Assembly (NCBI GenBank): GCA_040389185.1
Contig: JAZKAJ010000019.1
Span: forward strand, 15,523-79,522
Direction of reading: 5' to 3'
Length of the DNA: 64,000 nt
DNA from: Patescibacteria group bacterium
Lineage (GTDB): Bacteria; Patescibacteriota; Minisyncoccia; Phycocordibacterales; CAIRYW01
Each line of letters opens with the position of its first letter. Position 1 is the first letter of the stretch. The notes beneath the pieces are model-generated. The model ran no database searches and had not been told where the DNA came from. It saw nothing but the letters and a program-made list of their open reading frames with translations. Shown in pieces: positions 10,893 to 21,831 of the stretch. The position numbers and the translations under genes were made by a program.

Positions 10893-11183
10893 TTAACAAT
10901 CAACAGTGCTCTCGTCGAGCAGGCGAGGCCTTGCAACTGGCCACAGATGGAAAGGAACAGAAGTGTCCAAGGACCCGACGTTTTTGAAATTTTCTCGAAT
11001 TTGTGCCTGGCGGCTTAGAGAACCCGAACACGTCTGTGTTGCAAAGAGATGACGATCTTTACCTGGTCCAGCCCCACTTAGTGGACTTGTGTGCTGCCTT
11101 GTAAACTCGTCATATAGACGAGCCGAGTTTGATCTTGAGACTTCTTCTCCACATCTGTCACAAATAAATGAGGTAGTATTCAT
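10893..11183 (-). CDS. ORF with Ser/Arg/Gly/Pro-rich composition atypical for this genome; possibly a non-coding structured RNA instead
   Basis: A roughly 48% GC island in an otherwise ~35% GC genome. The ORF is open on the minus strand and ends at the terminator hairpin. Confidence 0.25.
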   Translation of the reverse strand: MNTTSFICDRCGEEVSRSNSARLYDEFTRQHTSPLSGAGPGKDRHLFATQTCSGSLSRQAQIRENFKNVGSLDTSVPFHLWPVARPRLLDESTVDC

Positions 11184-11225
11184 ATCTAATTTGTATTTAA
11201 CCACGATTATTGGTACTATGCAAGA

Positions 11226-12176
11226 ATGCAAAAAAATAAAAAACACCCCTCAATTTTAGTTTCCGGCTCACTAGTTTTTGATACCATCTTTGAACTTCAA
11301 AGCGCGATCAAGGATCAGGTCAGAATTGAAAATGGAATCGCAGGTAAACAAAACCTCATGTTCACCGCAAAAGAAAAGCAGGTTTATTTTGGGGGGACTG
11401 GAGGAAATATTTGTTATGGACTTGGACTTTTAAAGCAATCTTCATTTGCACTCTCAGCAGTTGGTAAAGACTTTGCAAGCTATAGTGCATGGCTTGAAAT
11501 GAGCAATGCTGAATTTCGAGGAAAGATAGATGAAGCAGGCTTTACAGCAACTTTTTTTGGAATGACAGATACTAGCAAAGATCAGCTAGGAATTTTTCAA
11601 GGAGGATCATACAACAAACATGTCGCTTCCCTATCGTTAACATCAAATTTTTCGAACAAAGAATTAGAACAAATCAAGTGTGCAATCTTTTCTCCAGGGA
11701 CTGCCAAAAGTATTGCAAAACAAATAGCGGAATTTAGAAAAATAAATTCCGAAGCTTTTACAATCTTTGATCCAGGACAGATGCTCGCAATCGATTTCAC
11801 ACCCGAACTTCTTATAAAGTCTCTCAAAAATTCAGACATACTTATATTGAACGATACGGAATTTTCATACCTCAAAAATTCTTTTGGAATTGATATAGAA
11901 AAAATATTTAGTCTCGGTGTGTCATACATTATTGAAACTAAAGGTGCGGACGGAAGTATCCTTTACGAAAAAGAAGACGAGAGTATCAGAGAAACAAAAA
12001 TAAAATCTCCCAAAGTAAAGAAAGTACTTGATCCAACAGGCGCCGGAGATGCATATCGCGCTGGAATTATGTATGGAATAGTAAACGATCTTGATATAAA
12101 AGAATCGATGACTCTCGCATCAAAACTTGGAGCAGAATGTGTAAAACATCGAGGCGGACAAACCTATTCAATATAA
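11226..12176 (+). CDS. PfkB-family nucleoside/sugar kinase (adenosine kinase-like; adjacent to ahcY)
   Basis: DPTGAGDAYRAGIMYG signature near the C-terminus; 316 aa. Confidence 0.75.
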   Translation: MQKNKKHPSILVSGSLVFDTIFELQSAIKDQVRIENGIAGKQNLMFTAKEKQVYFGGTGGNICYGLGLLKQSSFALSAVGKDFASYSAWLEMSNAEFRGKIDEAGFTATFFGMTDTSKDQLGIFQGGSYNKHVASLSLTSNFSNKELEQIKCAIFSPGTAKSIAKQIAEFRKINSEAFTIFDPGQMLAIDFTPELLIKSLKNSDILILNDTEFSYLKNSFGIDIEKIFSLGVSYIIETKGADGSILYEKEDESIRETKIKSPKVKKVLDPTGAGDAYRAGIMYGIVNDLDIKESMTLASKLGAECVKHRGGQTYSI

Positions 12177-12196
12177 TTATTTTTGGTAAATAAATC

Positions 12197-12232
12197 TTGT
12201 AATTATCCACACGGGTGTAGAAATAATTACAA
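12197..12232. promoter_or_regulatory. imperfect 36-bp palindrome ttgtaattat-ccacacgggtgtagaa-ataattacaa; terminator or operator
   Basis: Shares the half-site gtgtagaaa(t)aattaca with the 12735-12766 palindrome. Confidence 0.45.
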
Positions 12233-12252
12233 TATTTATTTATAATAGTATT

Positions 12253-12738
12253 ATGTCTCTTATTCTTGATATTCTAAATGAAATGTGGGATGCAACCTTA
12301 AACTACAAAGGTGTAACAGTGAATTTCTTTGGAGTACCATATTTTAAAACTAAGAAGCAGTCATCGCTTAGAGTCACTTTGTCCAGATTAGAAAAGAAGA
12401 AATTAATCCAGAAAAACAATAATGGCTGGGAAATACTGGAAGCTGGTAAAAAGTATCTGAACGAGCATAATAATCTTATTAAACTTCAATCCCCTTTTGA
12501 TAAATCATCTCCAAAAAATTTGATATTAATGTTTGATATTCCAGAGGATATGCGACAAATGAGAGACTGGTTAAGAGATCAACTAAAGATTTATGGATAT
12601 AAAATGGTGCAACAAAGTGTTTGGGTTGGGCCATCACCACTACCTCAAGAATTTAAAAAGATTATAAATGATTTAGGTATGAAGAAAAATATTAAGACAT
12701 TTAAATTAGCTTCACCCTACAAACAAAAAATAATGTAA
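12253..12738 (+). CDS. winged-helix plus Cas2/VapD-like domain protein (PaaX-like small regulator?)
   Basis: N-terminal wHTH (LRVTLSRLEKKKLIQKNNNGWEILEAGKKYL). The C-terminal LILMFDIPEDMRQMRDWLRDQLKIYGYKMVQQSVWVG matches the Cas2 pattern (V.V.YD....R.R..L...L...G.RVQ.SVF). Confidence 0.5.
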   Translation: MSLILDILNEMWDATLNYKGVTVNFFGVPYFKTKKQSSLRVTLSRLEKKKLIQKNNNGWEILEAGKKYLNEHNNLIKLQSPFDKSSPKNLILMFDIPEDMRQMRDWLRDQLKIYGYKMVQQSVWVGPSPLPQEFKKIINDLGMKKNIKTFKLASPYKQKIM

Positions 12739-12766
12739 TTTTCTACACGGCCGTGTAGAAAATTAC
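12735..12766. terminator. perfect 32-bp palindrome gtaattttctacacgg/ccgtgtagaaaattac followed by a T-rich run
   Basis: Overlaps the stop codon of 12253..12738. Confidence 0.55.
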
Positions 12767-12788
12767 ATTATTTTATTTATTGCTATAG

Positions 12789-13247
12789 CTAGATTATTTT
12801 AATAAGTGCAAGAGCGGCTTCGATGCCTTTATTTGTTGCACCACTTGAACGAATTTTCGCCTGTTCAAGATTGTTTACAGTAAGAATTGCATTTGTGATT
12901 GGAAGATCGTGCTTCAACATCACATCCATAATTCCTCGAGTTGATTCGTTTGAGATCTGGTAGTAATGGTCTGTATCTCCTTTGATGACGCATCCGATTG
13001 CGATGATACCTTTGTATTTTTTAGTTTTGGCCAATCTTTGACAGAGAAGTGGTATTTCAAATGCACCAGGCACATTCACAATTACGATGTTTGCTTCTTT
13101 TGTTCCATGAAATTTTAACTCTTCAATCGCACCATCTCGCATTGGAAATGTGATGTCACTGTTGTATTCAGACACAACAATTGCAATTTTTACTTTCGAT
13201 AAATCTTTAGCTTTATTCATCCCCTTTTTTTGCTCTCCTCGTTGCAT
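12789..13247 (-). CDS. ribH: 6,7-dimethyl-8-ribityllumazine synthase
   Basis: KIAIVVSEYNSDIT...GAFEIP...IAIGCVIKGDTDHY motifs. Confidence 0.85.
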   Translation of the reverse strand: MQRGEQKKGMNKAKDLSKVKIAIVVSEYNSDITFPMRDGAIEELKFHGTKEANIVIVNVPGAFEIPLLCQRLAKTKKYKGIIAIGCVIKGDTDHYYQISNESTRGIMDVMLKHDLPITNAILTVNNLEQAKIRSSGATNKGIEAALALIKII

Positions 13248-13266
13248 ATTATTTTTGATTTTTGAT

Positions 13267-13851
13267 TTATAATTTTTGATTTCCCAATATATATTTTCCC
13301 ATCACATCCACCTCAACATTTACACTGTCTCCGAGTGTGAGTTCACCAAGATTTGTATGTTCTAAAGTATACGGTATCAAAGAAATATTAAAAGATTTTG
13401 AATTGCGTGCTGACACTGTGAGTGACACTCCATTTACCGCAACAGATCCCTTATAGACTACATATTTAAGAAATTCTTTTGGAATACTAATCTCAAAAAA
13501 TCGAGAATCGCCTTGTTTTGTAATGGTTTTTATCGTACCCACCGTATCAATATGACCGTATACAAAGTGTCCATCTAAAGTATCCCCGAGTCGCAAACTT
13601 GGCTCAAGATTCATCTTCCCTCCAACACCCCATGTACCCACATTTGTTTTACTCAAAGTCTCCTTCATGTATCCAACCTTGAACTCATTTTTTGTAAATG
13701 AGATCACTGTTGAGCAAACCCCGTTTATAGAAATACTTGCACCTTTTTTAATATCAAACTTTTTTGGCAATTCAAAACTAACAACGAGAATTTCATTTTC
13801 TTTTTTGACACTTTTTATCTTTGCAGTTTTTTGTATGATTCCAGTAAACAT
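13267..13851 (-). CDS. ribE: riboflavin synthase alpha subunit
   Basis: MFTGII N-terminus and duplicated GxSIxxNGVCSTV / SxAVNGVSLTV barrel halves. Confidence 0.85.
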   Translation of the reverse strand: MFTGIIQKTAKIKSVKKENEILVVSFELPKKFDIKKGASISINGVCSTVISFTKNEFKVGYMKETLSKTNVGTWGVGGKMNLEPSLRLGDTLDGHFVYGHIDTVGTIKTITKQGDSRFFEISIPKEFLKYVVYKGSVAVNGVSLTVSARNSKSFNISLIPYTLEHTNLGELTLGDSVNVEVDVMGKYILGNQKL

Positions 13852-13892
13852 TTATCGGAGAATTTTTTATCTATTAAAAAGTGTGGATGAAT

Positions 13893-14237
13893 TTATTTGT
13901 GACCAAAAAGAATTGCCCATGCATCCATAGTATCTTTTTCTATTTTTTCTTTAAGTAATCCTATATCAGAAAATTCTTCGTCATCTCGTATCTTTTCTAA
14001 CACCTCAACCTTAATCGTCTTTCCATAAATATTTTTTTTGAAATCAAGGATGTGTGCCTCCAATATCTCCTTTCGTTTTTTTCCCACATAGAGTACCGCA
14101 TCAAGAATCTCCTTACCCAGAACAACTCTCCCAGCATAAATTCCTGGCAATACATTATCTTTATTGTTTATATTCGCTGTCGGGAATCCTAATTTTGTTG
14201 CACTTTTATCTCCTTTGAGTACTTTTCCTTCAGTCAT
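13893..14237 (-). CDS. riboflavin kinase (monofunctional flavokinase domain)
   Basis: LGFPTANI...G.Y...HILDF....YG signature; 114 aa. Confidence 0.7.
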   Translation of the reverse strand: MTEGKVLKGDKSATKLGFPTANINNKDNVLPGIYAGRVVLGKEILDAVLYVGKKRKEILEAHILDFKKNIYGKTIKVEVLEKIRDDEEFSDIGLLKEKIEKDTMDAWAILFGHK

Positions 14238-14251
14238 TTTGGTTAAAACAG

Positions 14252-14791
14252 TTATTTTTTAATACTATTTATTTCTTTCATTAAATGCTCGAGTGATTTC
14301 TGAATACTTTCAACCGTTGCCTTGATTTCTTTATCTCTCTTTTCTTCAACAGTATCCCCTTCTTCAATATCATCAACATCCTCTTGGATTTCGTCGATAT
14401 CTTCTTGAATCTCATCCACGTCTGTTTGAATTTCTCCCACATCAGTCTGGATTTCATCAATGTCCTCTTGAATTTCATCAATGTCCTCTCCGACTTTTAA
14501 GAGATTTTCTGTATTTCTGTTGACTGTAAGCTGAATAAGAATCGCAAGATAGATTGCTTCAAGAGATACTACCGTTGTAAGAAAAAGAAGCATATGGTCT
14601 ATCTCACCAAATATCCACCCGAAAAGAAAGCAGACAATAAAAAATATTGTGTGAAATATTATTGACGCCGGTGAGCCAATCCATTTGGTCACCCGGAGTG
14701 ATAGAGCTTCAAATACAGACTCCGGTTTTGCCTTCTGTTCATTTGGAGTATGTTTGTGACGAGGTTTTGACATTTCCCTATAATACCACAA
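14252..14791 (-). CDS. DUF1003-like membrane protein with an acidic heptad-repeat C-terminal region
   Basis: Two TM helices, then (E/T)D(I/V)DEIQ repeated about six times. Confidence 0.55.
   Translation of the reverse strand: MWYYREMSKPRHKHTPNEQKAKPESVFEALSLRVTKWIGSPASIIFHTIFFIVCFLFGWIFGEIDHMLLFLTTVVSLEAIYLAILIQLTVNRNTENLLKVGEDIDEIQEDIDEIQTDVGEIQTDVDEIQEDIDEIQEDVDDIEEGDTVEEKRDKEIKATVESIQKSLEHLMKEINSIKK
14358..14497. repeat. 21-bp tandem repeat (about 6.5 copies) inside the CDS, encoding EDIDEIQ-type heptads
   Basis: Periodic ttgaat(c/t)tcatc(c/a)a(c/t)gtc units visible in the sequence. Confidence 0.7.
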
Positions 14792-14830
14792 AACATTGCG
14801 AAATATAGGGTTTTAATTTATAATCACAAC

Positions 14831-15091
14831 GTGGAAAATAACGATAAAGAACCAATAAAACCAAGCGCTTTTGAGACAAAAGAACCAATGACAACTGCCG
14901 AACTCGTCTCCTTTGCATCTGAAGTTGGATTTTCTATCGCCCTACCACTTGCCGGATTTGCGGTTGTAGGACACTTACTTGATAACAACTTAGGGACTGG
15001 AAAAACATTCCTCATTGTCGGACTCCTTCTTTCAATCATCTCTACAAGTGTCATTATTTATAATAAAGTTAAAGGATTTTTAATTAAATAG
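14831..15091 (+). CDS. AtpZ/AtpI-like small membrane protein preceding the atp operon
   Basis: Two TM helices, immediately upstream of atpB. Confidence 0.45.
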   Translation: MENNDKEPIKPSAFETKEPMTTAELVSFASEVGFSIALPLAGFAVVGHLLDNNLGTGKTFLIVGLLLSIISTSVIIYNKVKGFLIK

Positions 15092-15220
15092 CCATGAATC
15101 CCGTTAGAAGCCGCGGTCACGATTTAATAGGAAGCTGTAGTATAATATGAAAATGAAGCAAAAAAATTACAAATTTAATCTAAGTAGTAGCGAGATGATC
15201 GCGACCTGCTTCTAAACGGG

Positions 15221-15967
15221 ATGAATATTTCAATTTCAGCAGAACCTGTATTCCACATAGGATCACTTGCATTCACCAACGCATTTATGACAAATCTTCT
15301 TGTGATTTGTATCATTTTGGTTTTAGCTATCACTTTTTTCAAAAAAATAAAAAAGGTTCCAGGACGATTCCAGGCACTTGGAGAGATTGTTATGGAAGAG
15401 TTTATAAAGTTTATGACAACTTTTGCAGGCTCAGAAGCACGAGTTCGACAATTCCTACCCCTCGTTGCAACAATATTTTGTCTCGTACTTGCTTCAAACT
15501 GGATTGGGACAATACCAGGATTTGAATCGATTGGATTTTATGAAATGGAAAACGGACACGAAATATTTGTACCACTCTTTCGAACTGCAAACTCAGATCT
15601 TAATATGACATTAGCACTGGCCATTATTGTGGTGATAGGATCACACATTGTTGGGCTCACAACCCTGAAAGGCAGGCACTTCAAAAAATTCCTTGTAAAC
15701 CCTTTTAAACACCCTATTGGATTCTTTGTTGGAATTCTTGAAATTGTGGGAGAGTTTTCTCGACTTATCTCCCTCACATTCCGACTTTTCGGTAACATTT
15801 TTGCAGGATCAGTTTTGATGCTTATTATGACCACTCTGGCGCCATATATTGTGCCTGTACCTTTTTTGGGACTTGAGATCTTCCTTGGATTCATCCAGGC
15901 GCTCGTATTTGCGGTTCTTGCCATGATGTTTATGGCAAGCTCGATGGAGATGCACACAGAGCATTAA
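15221..15967 (+). CDS. atpB: F0F1 ATP synthase subunit a
   Basis: LTFRLFGNIFAGSVLM conserved Arg-helix. Confidence 0.9.
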   Translation: MNISISAEPVFHIGSLAFTNAFMTNLLVICIILVLAITFFKKIKKVPGRFQALGEIVMEEFIKFMTTFAGSEARVRQFLPLVATIFCLVLASNWIGTIPGFESIGFYEMENGHEIFVPLFRTANSDLNMTLALAIIVVIGSHIVGLTTLKGRHFKKFLVNPFKHPIGFFVGILEIVGEFSRLISLTFRLFGNIFAGSVLMLIMTTLAPYIVPVPFLGLEIFLGFIQALVFAVLAMMFMASSMEMHTEH

Positions 15968-15984
15968 AATTTTAAAATGCGATT

Positions 15985-16017
15985 GCACCGCACCTTTAGG
16001 CGCGGTGCTATTTTTTA
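15985..16017 (+). terminator. rho-independent terminator gcaccgcacc..ggcgcggtgc plus T6
   Basis: GC hairpin and T-run after atpB. Confidence 0.6.
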
Positions 16018-16114
16018 TGCAATAAATATGCCGAATTATCAATCCCCTCTTTCCTTTTGTTTTAGTGTGTTTTTTGGTATTATAGCGTGCATAAAGGGCT
16101 CAAAAGCTCAATAA

Positions 16115-16399
<285 letters not shown>

Positions 16400-16543
16400 T
16401 TAAAACAATTAATTTATAAAATTTCGTTGCATTTCTTAAATTCAGATTTCTCCGTAGTACAATTAGTACAACTACAAAATCCGAATCAGAACTGCTTAGA
16501 AATTTTGTAAATTCTCTTGTTTTAATAGTAATTTTAATTATTT

Positions 16544-17062
16544 ATGGAATCATTTATCCAGTCGTTCGGAATAGAATGGAAGCTACTCATCGCCCAAATG
16601 ATAAACTTTGGGATTTTGGCTTTTATCTTGTTTAAACTTCTCTACAAACCATTGCTTAAGGTTTTGGACGAACGAACAGCAATGGTAAAAGATGCTGCAG
16701 AAAAATCTTCATCTATTGAAGCGAAGCTTGAAGAAATAAAACAACTTGAAGAAAAAGTTCTTGCGGAAGCTCGAGCTAATGGCGCAAAGCTTTTGAAGGA
16801 TGCAGAAATTTCTGCAAAAGAACTTCGAAATAAGCTTGAGATCGATGCTCACAACCATGCTGAAAAAATAGTGAAAGTTGCCGAAGAGAGACTTATGGCA
16901 GATCAAAGTAAGAGAGATGCTGAAATTCGAAAAGAGATAGTCTCTGTTGTTGCAACTGCTATCGAAGCAACTGTTGGAAAGTACTTGGATGCAAATGCAA
17001 AGCAAAAACTTAGCGATGAAGCAACAAAAGAAACTCTTAAGGTAGAATCATTCATAAAATAA
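16544..17062 (+). CDS. atpF: F0F1 ATP synthase subunit b
   Basis: N-terminal TM plus a long charged helix; position in the operon. Confidence 0.8.
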   Translation: MESFIQSFGIEWKLLIAQMINFGILAFILFKLLYKPLLKVLDERTAMVKDAAEKSSSIEAKLEEIKQLEEKVLAEARANGAKLLKDAEISAKELRNKLEIDAHNHAEKIVKVAEERLMADQSKRDAEIRKEIVSVVATAIEATVGKYLDANAKQKLSDEATKETLKVESFIK

Positions 17063-17431
17063 ATGAAATTATCACTCAAACAATATGCGAAAGTTCTAGA
17101 TCAGGCACTCGCCGGGTCTAAAAGTGATGTTGAATCAAAGCAAATTGTAAGTGAATTCATCGAATCTGTTACCAAAGATGCAAAGCTCTCAAAAATAAAC
17201 GAGATACTCGCGCACTTTGGTAACCTCTGGGACACCCGCCACAATGTCTTGAATGCCGAAGTTCAAACTGCCGATGGCGAAGAAATATCTCTTCCACACG
17301 AAATCAAAGGAAAGAAACTTGTTGTAAAGACAAGATCAAACCCGAGTATTATCGGTGGAAGTATCATAAAGATCGGAGATTACATTATCGATAACAGTGT
17401 TTTATCAAAAATAAATACACTTCGTAAGTAA
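17063..17431 (+). CDS. atpH: F0F1 ATP synthase subunit delta (short, 122 aa)
   Basis: Operon position and an OSCP-like C-terminus. Confidence 0.65.
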   Translation: MKLSLKQYAKVLDQALAGSKSDVESKQIVSEFIESVTKDAKLSKINEILAHFGNLWDTRHNVLNAEVQTADGEEISLPHEIKGKKLVVKTRSNPSIIGGSIIKIGDYIIDNSVLSKINTLRK

Positions 17432-17517
17432 AAGCATTTTTGCAAACGCAAGCTCTTAAAATAATTTAAAAGTTAGCGTTTGCAAAAAAAAATAAATTAT
17501 TAACACAACACACAATT

Positions 17518-19050
17518 ATGAACAACAAAGAATCAATCATCGACACAATAAAACGAGAAATCACTGGAATCAAAAGTGATGCAAAGGTCGCACACACAGG
17601 ACGAGTAACAAAACTTTCTGACGGAGTAGTTACAATTTCTGGACTTGGAAATGTAGCATACAACGAAATGCTCGACTTCATCGATTCAAAAGGAATGACA
17701 ATTCAAGGAGTTGCCCTGAACCTTGAAGAAGATTCTGTTGGTGCGATTCTCTTAGGTGATGGTGCTCACATCAAGGAAGGTGGTGTTGTAAACAGTACAG
17801 GACGAATCCTTTCTGTAAACATTGATGATTCTGTGATTGGACGGGTACTCGGAGGACTTGGAACTTCAAAGGATGGAGGACCTGAAATAAGTTCTAGTAA
17901 TGCAAAGGCATATCCTCTTGAAAAAATCGCTCCTGGAGTTATTACACGAGAAGGTGTTAACCAGCCAATGCACACAGGTATCAAAGCGATTGATGCGATG
18001 ATCCCGATTGGTCGTGGACAGCGACAGCTCATTATCGGTGACCGACAGACTGGAAAGACAGCGATTGCAATCGATGCAATCATTCATCAGAAACGAGAAA
18101 AAGTTCCAACTATTTGTGTGTATGTTGCGATCGGTCAAAAAGAATCAAAAGTTGCACAGCTCGTAGAAAGATTAAAAAAAGAAGGTGCAATGGATTACAC
18201 AGTCATTGTTTCAGCTTCTGCTTCTGATCCTGCTGCGCTCCAGTACTTGGCTCCATTTACAGGTTGTACTATTGCAGAATATTTTATGGCACAAGGAAAA
18301 GATGTTCTCGTAATTTACGATGATCTCTCAAAACACGCATGGGCATACAGACAGATTTCACTTCTTCTCAAACGACCGCCAGGACGAGAAGCATATCCTG
18401 GAGACGTATTCTACCTACACTCACGACTTCTTGAACGAGCAGGACGATTGTCAAAAGAATACGGAGGTGGATCTATTACCGCTCTCCCTATTATCGAAAC
18501 ACAGCTTGGAGATATTTCTGCATACATTCCAACAAACGTAATCTCAATTACAGACGGACAGGTATTTTTGGAAACTGAACTTTTCTTTAAAGGTATTAGG
18601 CCAGCTATTAACGTTGGACTTTCTGTGTCTCGAGTGGGATCATCAGCTCAAACAAAAGCAATGAAGAAAGTTTCTGGAGGTATGAAACTTGATCTTGCAC
18701 AGTACCGTTCTCTTGAAGCATTCGCACAGTTCGGATCGGACTTGGATCCAGCTACAAAGCGACAGCTTGATCGAGGTTCACGACTTACAGAACTTTTGAA
18801 GCAGTCACAGTTTGCAGGTCAATCATTTGAAGAACAAGCGATCGCAATCTATGCGGTATCAAAGGGATACACTGACAAAGTGGAAGTATCAAAGCTTCGA
18901 GAATACGAAGCTAAGCTTATCCAGCACCTTCGAACAAGTCACAAAGACATTATCGAAAGTGTTCACAAAGAAAACCAGATGATTGAAGCAACAGAAAATT
19001 CTTTGAAGGAAATTCTTGCGGATTTTACCACAAATTATTTTAATAAATAA
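17518..19050 (+). CDS. atpA: F0F1 ATP synthase subunit alpha
   Basis: GDRQTGKTAIAIDAI P-loop. Confidence 0.95.
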   Translation: MNNKESIIDTIKREITGIKSDAKVAHTGRVTKLSDGVVTISGLGNVAYNEMLDFIDSKGMTIQGVALNLEEDSVGAILLGDGAHIKEGGVVNSTGRILSVNIDDSVIGRVLGGLGTSKDGGPEISSSNAKAYPLEKIAPGVITREGVNQPMHTGIKAIDAMIPIGRGQRQLIIGDRQTGKTAIAIDAIIHQKREKVPTICVYVAIGQKESKVAQLVERLKKEGAMDYTVIVSASASDPAALQYLAPFTGCTIAEYFMAQGKDVLVIYDDLSKHAWAYRQISLLLKRPPGREAYPGDVFYLHSRLLERAGRLSKEYGGGSITALPIIETQLGDISAYIPTNVISITDGQVFLETELFFKGIRPAINVGLSVSRVGSSAQTKAMKKVSGGMKLDLAQYRSLEAFAQFGSDLDPATKRQLDRGSRLTELLKQSQFAGQSFEEQAIAIYAVSKGYTDKVEVSKLREYEAKLIQHLRTSHKDIIESVHKENQMIEATENSLKEILADFTTNYFNK

Positions 19051-19090
19051 TTTGTATCTCTTAAATATTTAAACTTTTAAATTTATTACT

Positions 19091-20023
19091 ATGGCCGGAG
19101 CAAGAGCAATCAAAAGCAGAATAAAATCAACAAAAAACATCCAGCAAATCACAAAAGCGATGCAGGCTGTTTCTGCTGTCAAAATGCGAAAGAGTGAGTC
19201 TATTGCTATTAGTGGCCGACTCTATGCGCTCCACGCACTCAATATTTTGAAGAAAATCGAAAAGAGTACAGCGATGGACATCAAACTTCTCTCCCCTCTT
19301 TTTGATTCAAAAATCAAATCAGATTCTGAATGTCTCGTTGTTATCACTTCAGACAAAGGTCTTGCTGGTGCATTCAACTCAAATGTAATCAAAAAATCAG
19401 ATACTCTTATCACAAAATCAAAGTACAAGACAGATATTGTTGCTGTTGGTAAAAAAGGTCGAGATTTCTTTGCTCGAAAAGGACTCCATGTAGTTAAAGG
19501 TTTTGAAGGTGCGGGGGATTTTGGAAGTATTGCAGAAGCAAAAGAAATTTCTGATTTTGTTATCAATCTTTTTATTGAAAAGAAATATTCAAAGATCGAT
19601 ATTGTATATACAAACTTTATTTCAGCTCTCAAGCAAGAAGTTGTTGTACGACCACTTCTCCCTCTTCACAAAGAAACTCTTGAACAAGTGGTGGCGAACA
19701 TTATCCCTGAAACTGGAAAGTATTCTGATATCAAATCCGTTTTCAAAGATAATGCTCTCTACTCTTTTGAACCGAGCCCAGAGACAATTGTCCACGAGCT
19801 CGTTCCAAAATTAGTTGAGCTCGAGATTTATCACAGTATTCTCGAAGCCAATGCTTCAGAACACTCGGCCAGAATGGTGGCAATGAAAAATGCCTCCGAA
19901 AATGCGAAAGAAATGATAAGTACACTGACTATCAAATACAACAAAGAAAGACAGGCACAGATCACGAAGGAACTTATCGAAATCACATCAGGCAAAAACG
20001 CATTAGAAGCAGCAAACGAATAA
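19091..20023 (+). CDS. atpG: F0F1 ATP synthase subunit gamma
   Basis: MAGARAIKSRIKS N-terminus and a C-terminal helix. Confidence 0.9.
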   Translation: MAGARAIKSRIKSTKNIQQITKAMQAVSAVKMRKSESIAISGRLYALHALNILKKIEKSTAMDIKLLSPLFDSKIKSDSECLVVITSDKGLAGAFNSNVIKKSDTLITKSKYKTDIVAVGKKGRDFFARKGLHVVKGFEGAGDFGSIAEAKEISDFVINLFIEKKYSKIDIVYTNFISALKQEVVVRPLLPLHKETLEQVVANIIPETGKYSDIKSVFKDNALYSFEPSPETIVHELVPKLVELEIYHSILEANASEHSARMVAMKNASENAKEMISTLTIKYNKERQAQITKELIEITSGKNALEAANE

Positions 20024-20043
20024 AATTAATAAATTATAAATAA

Positions 20044-21450
<1,407 letters not shown>

Positions 21451-21561
21451 TTATCAATAACCAAATACCAAATCACAAACAATAACCAATCATCGAATTT
21501 TTAAATAATTGAAAATTAGAATTTGTTTGATTATTGGAGCTTGTAGTTTGGACATTATTTC

Positions 21562-21783
21562 ATGGAAATCAAGATTTATTCACTCGAAGGGACAAAATAT
21601 GAAGGCAACGTGCCACAGGTATCAATGCCTGCAACAGATGGTGTGATTACAGTACTTCCACATCACGTAGCACTCATCACAACTCTTAAGGCTGGAGAAA
21701 TAAAATTCAAAGATCAGATTATTTCTATAAATGGAGGATTTGCTGAAGTTGGAAATAATAAGGTGGTGGTACTTATAAACTAG
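21562..21783 (+). CDS. atpC: F0F1 ATP synthase subunit epsilon (beta-sandwich only, 73 aa)
   Basis: Operon position and N-terminal domain pattern. Confidence 0.7.
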   Translation: MEIKIYSLEGTKYEGNVPQVSMPATDGVITVLPHHVALITTLKAGEIKFKDQIISINGGFAEVGNNKVVVLIN

Positions 21784-21796
21784 AATACAAACAAAA

Positions 21797-21824
21797 AAAC
21801 ACCCCGGTCGGGGTGTTTTTTTGT
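21797..21824. terminator. bidirectional terminator aaacaccccg gtc ggggtgttttttt
   Basis: Hairpin with A-run and T-run flanks, lying between convergent genes. Confidence 0.8.
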
Positions 21825-21831
21825 TTGTACT

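Noticed and set aside
10887-11225. RNase P RNA, tmRNA or SRP RNA in the GC-rich island
   Set aside because: The diagnostic conserved blocks were absent on both strands: P4 GGAAAGTCCGG / ACAGAA.CCGGCTTA, tmRNA tRNA-like ends, and the SRP GGAAGCAGCCAAGG block. Kept only as an unclassified candidate.
12253-12738. Cas2-like protein as evidence of a CRISPR-Cas locus
   Set aside because: No direct-repeat/spacer array and no other cas genes anywhere in the window. It is treated as a stand-alone Cas2/VapD-fold regulator or toxin-like gene.
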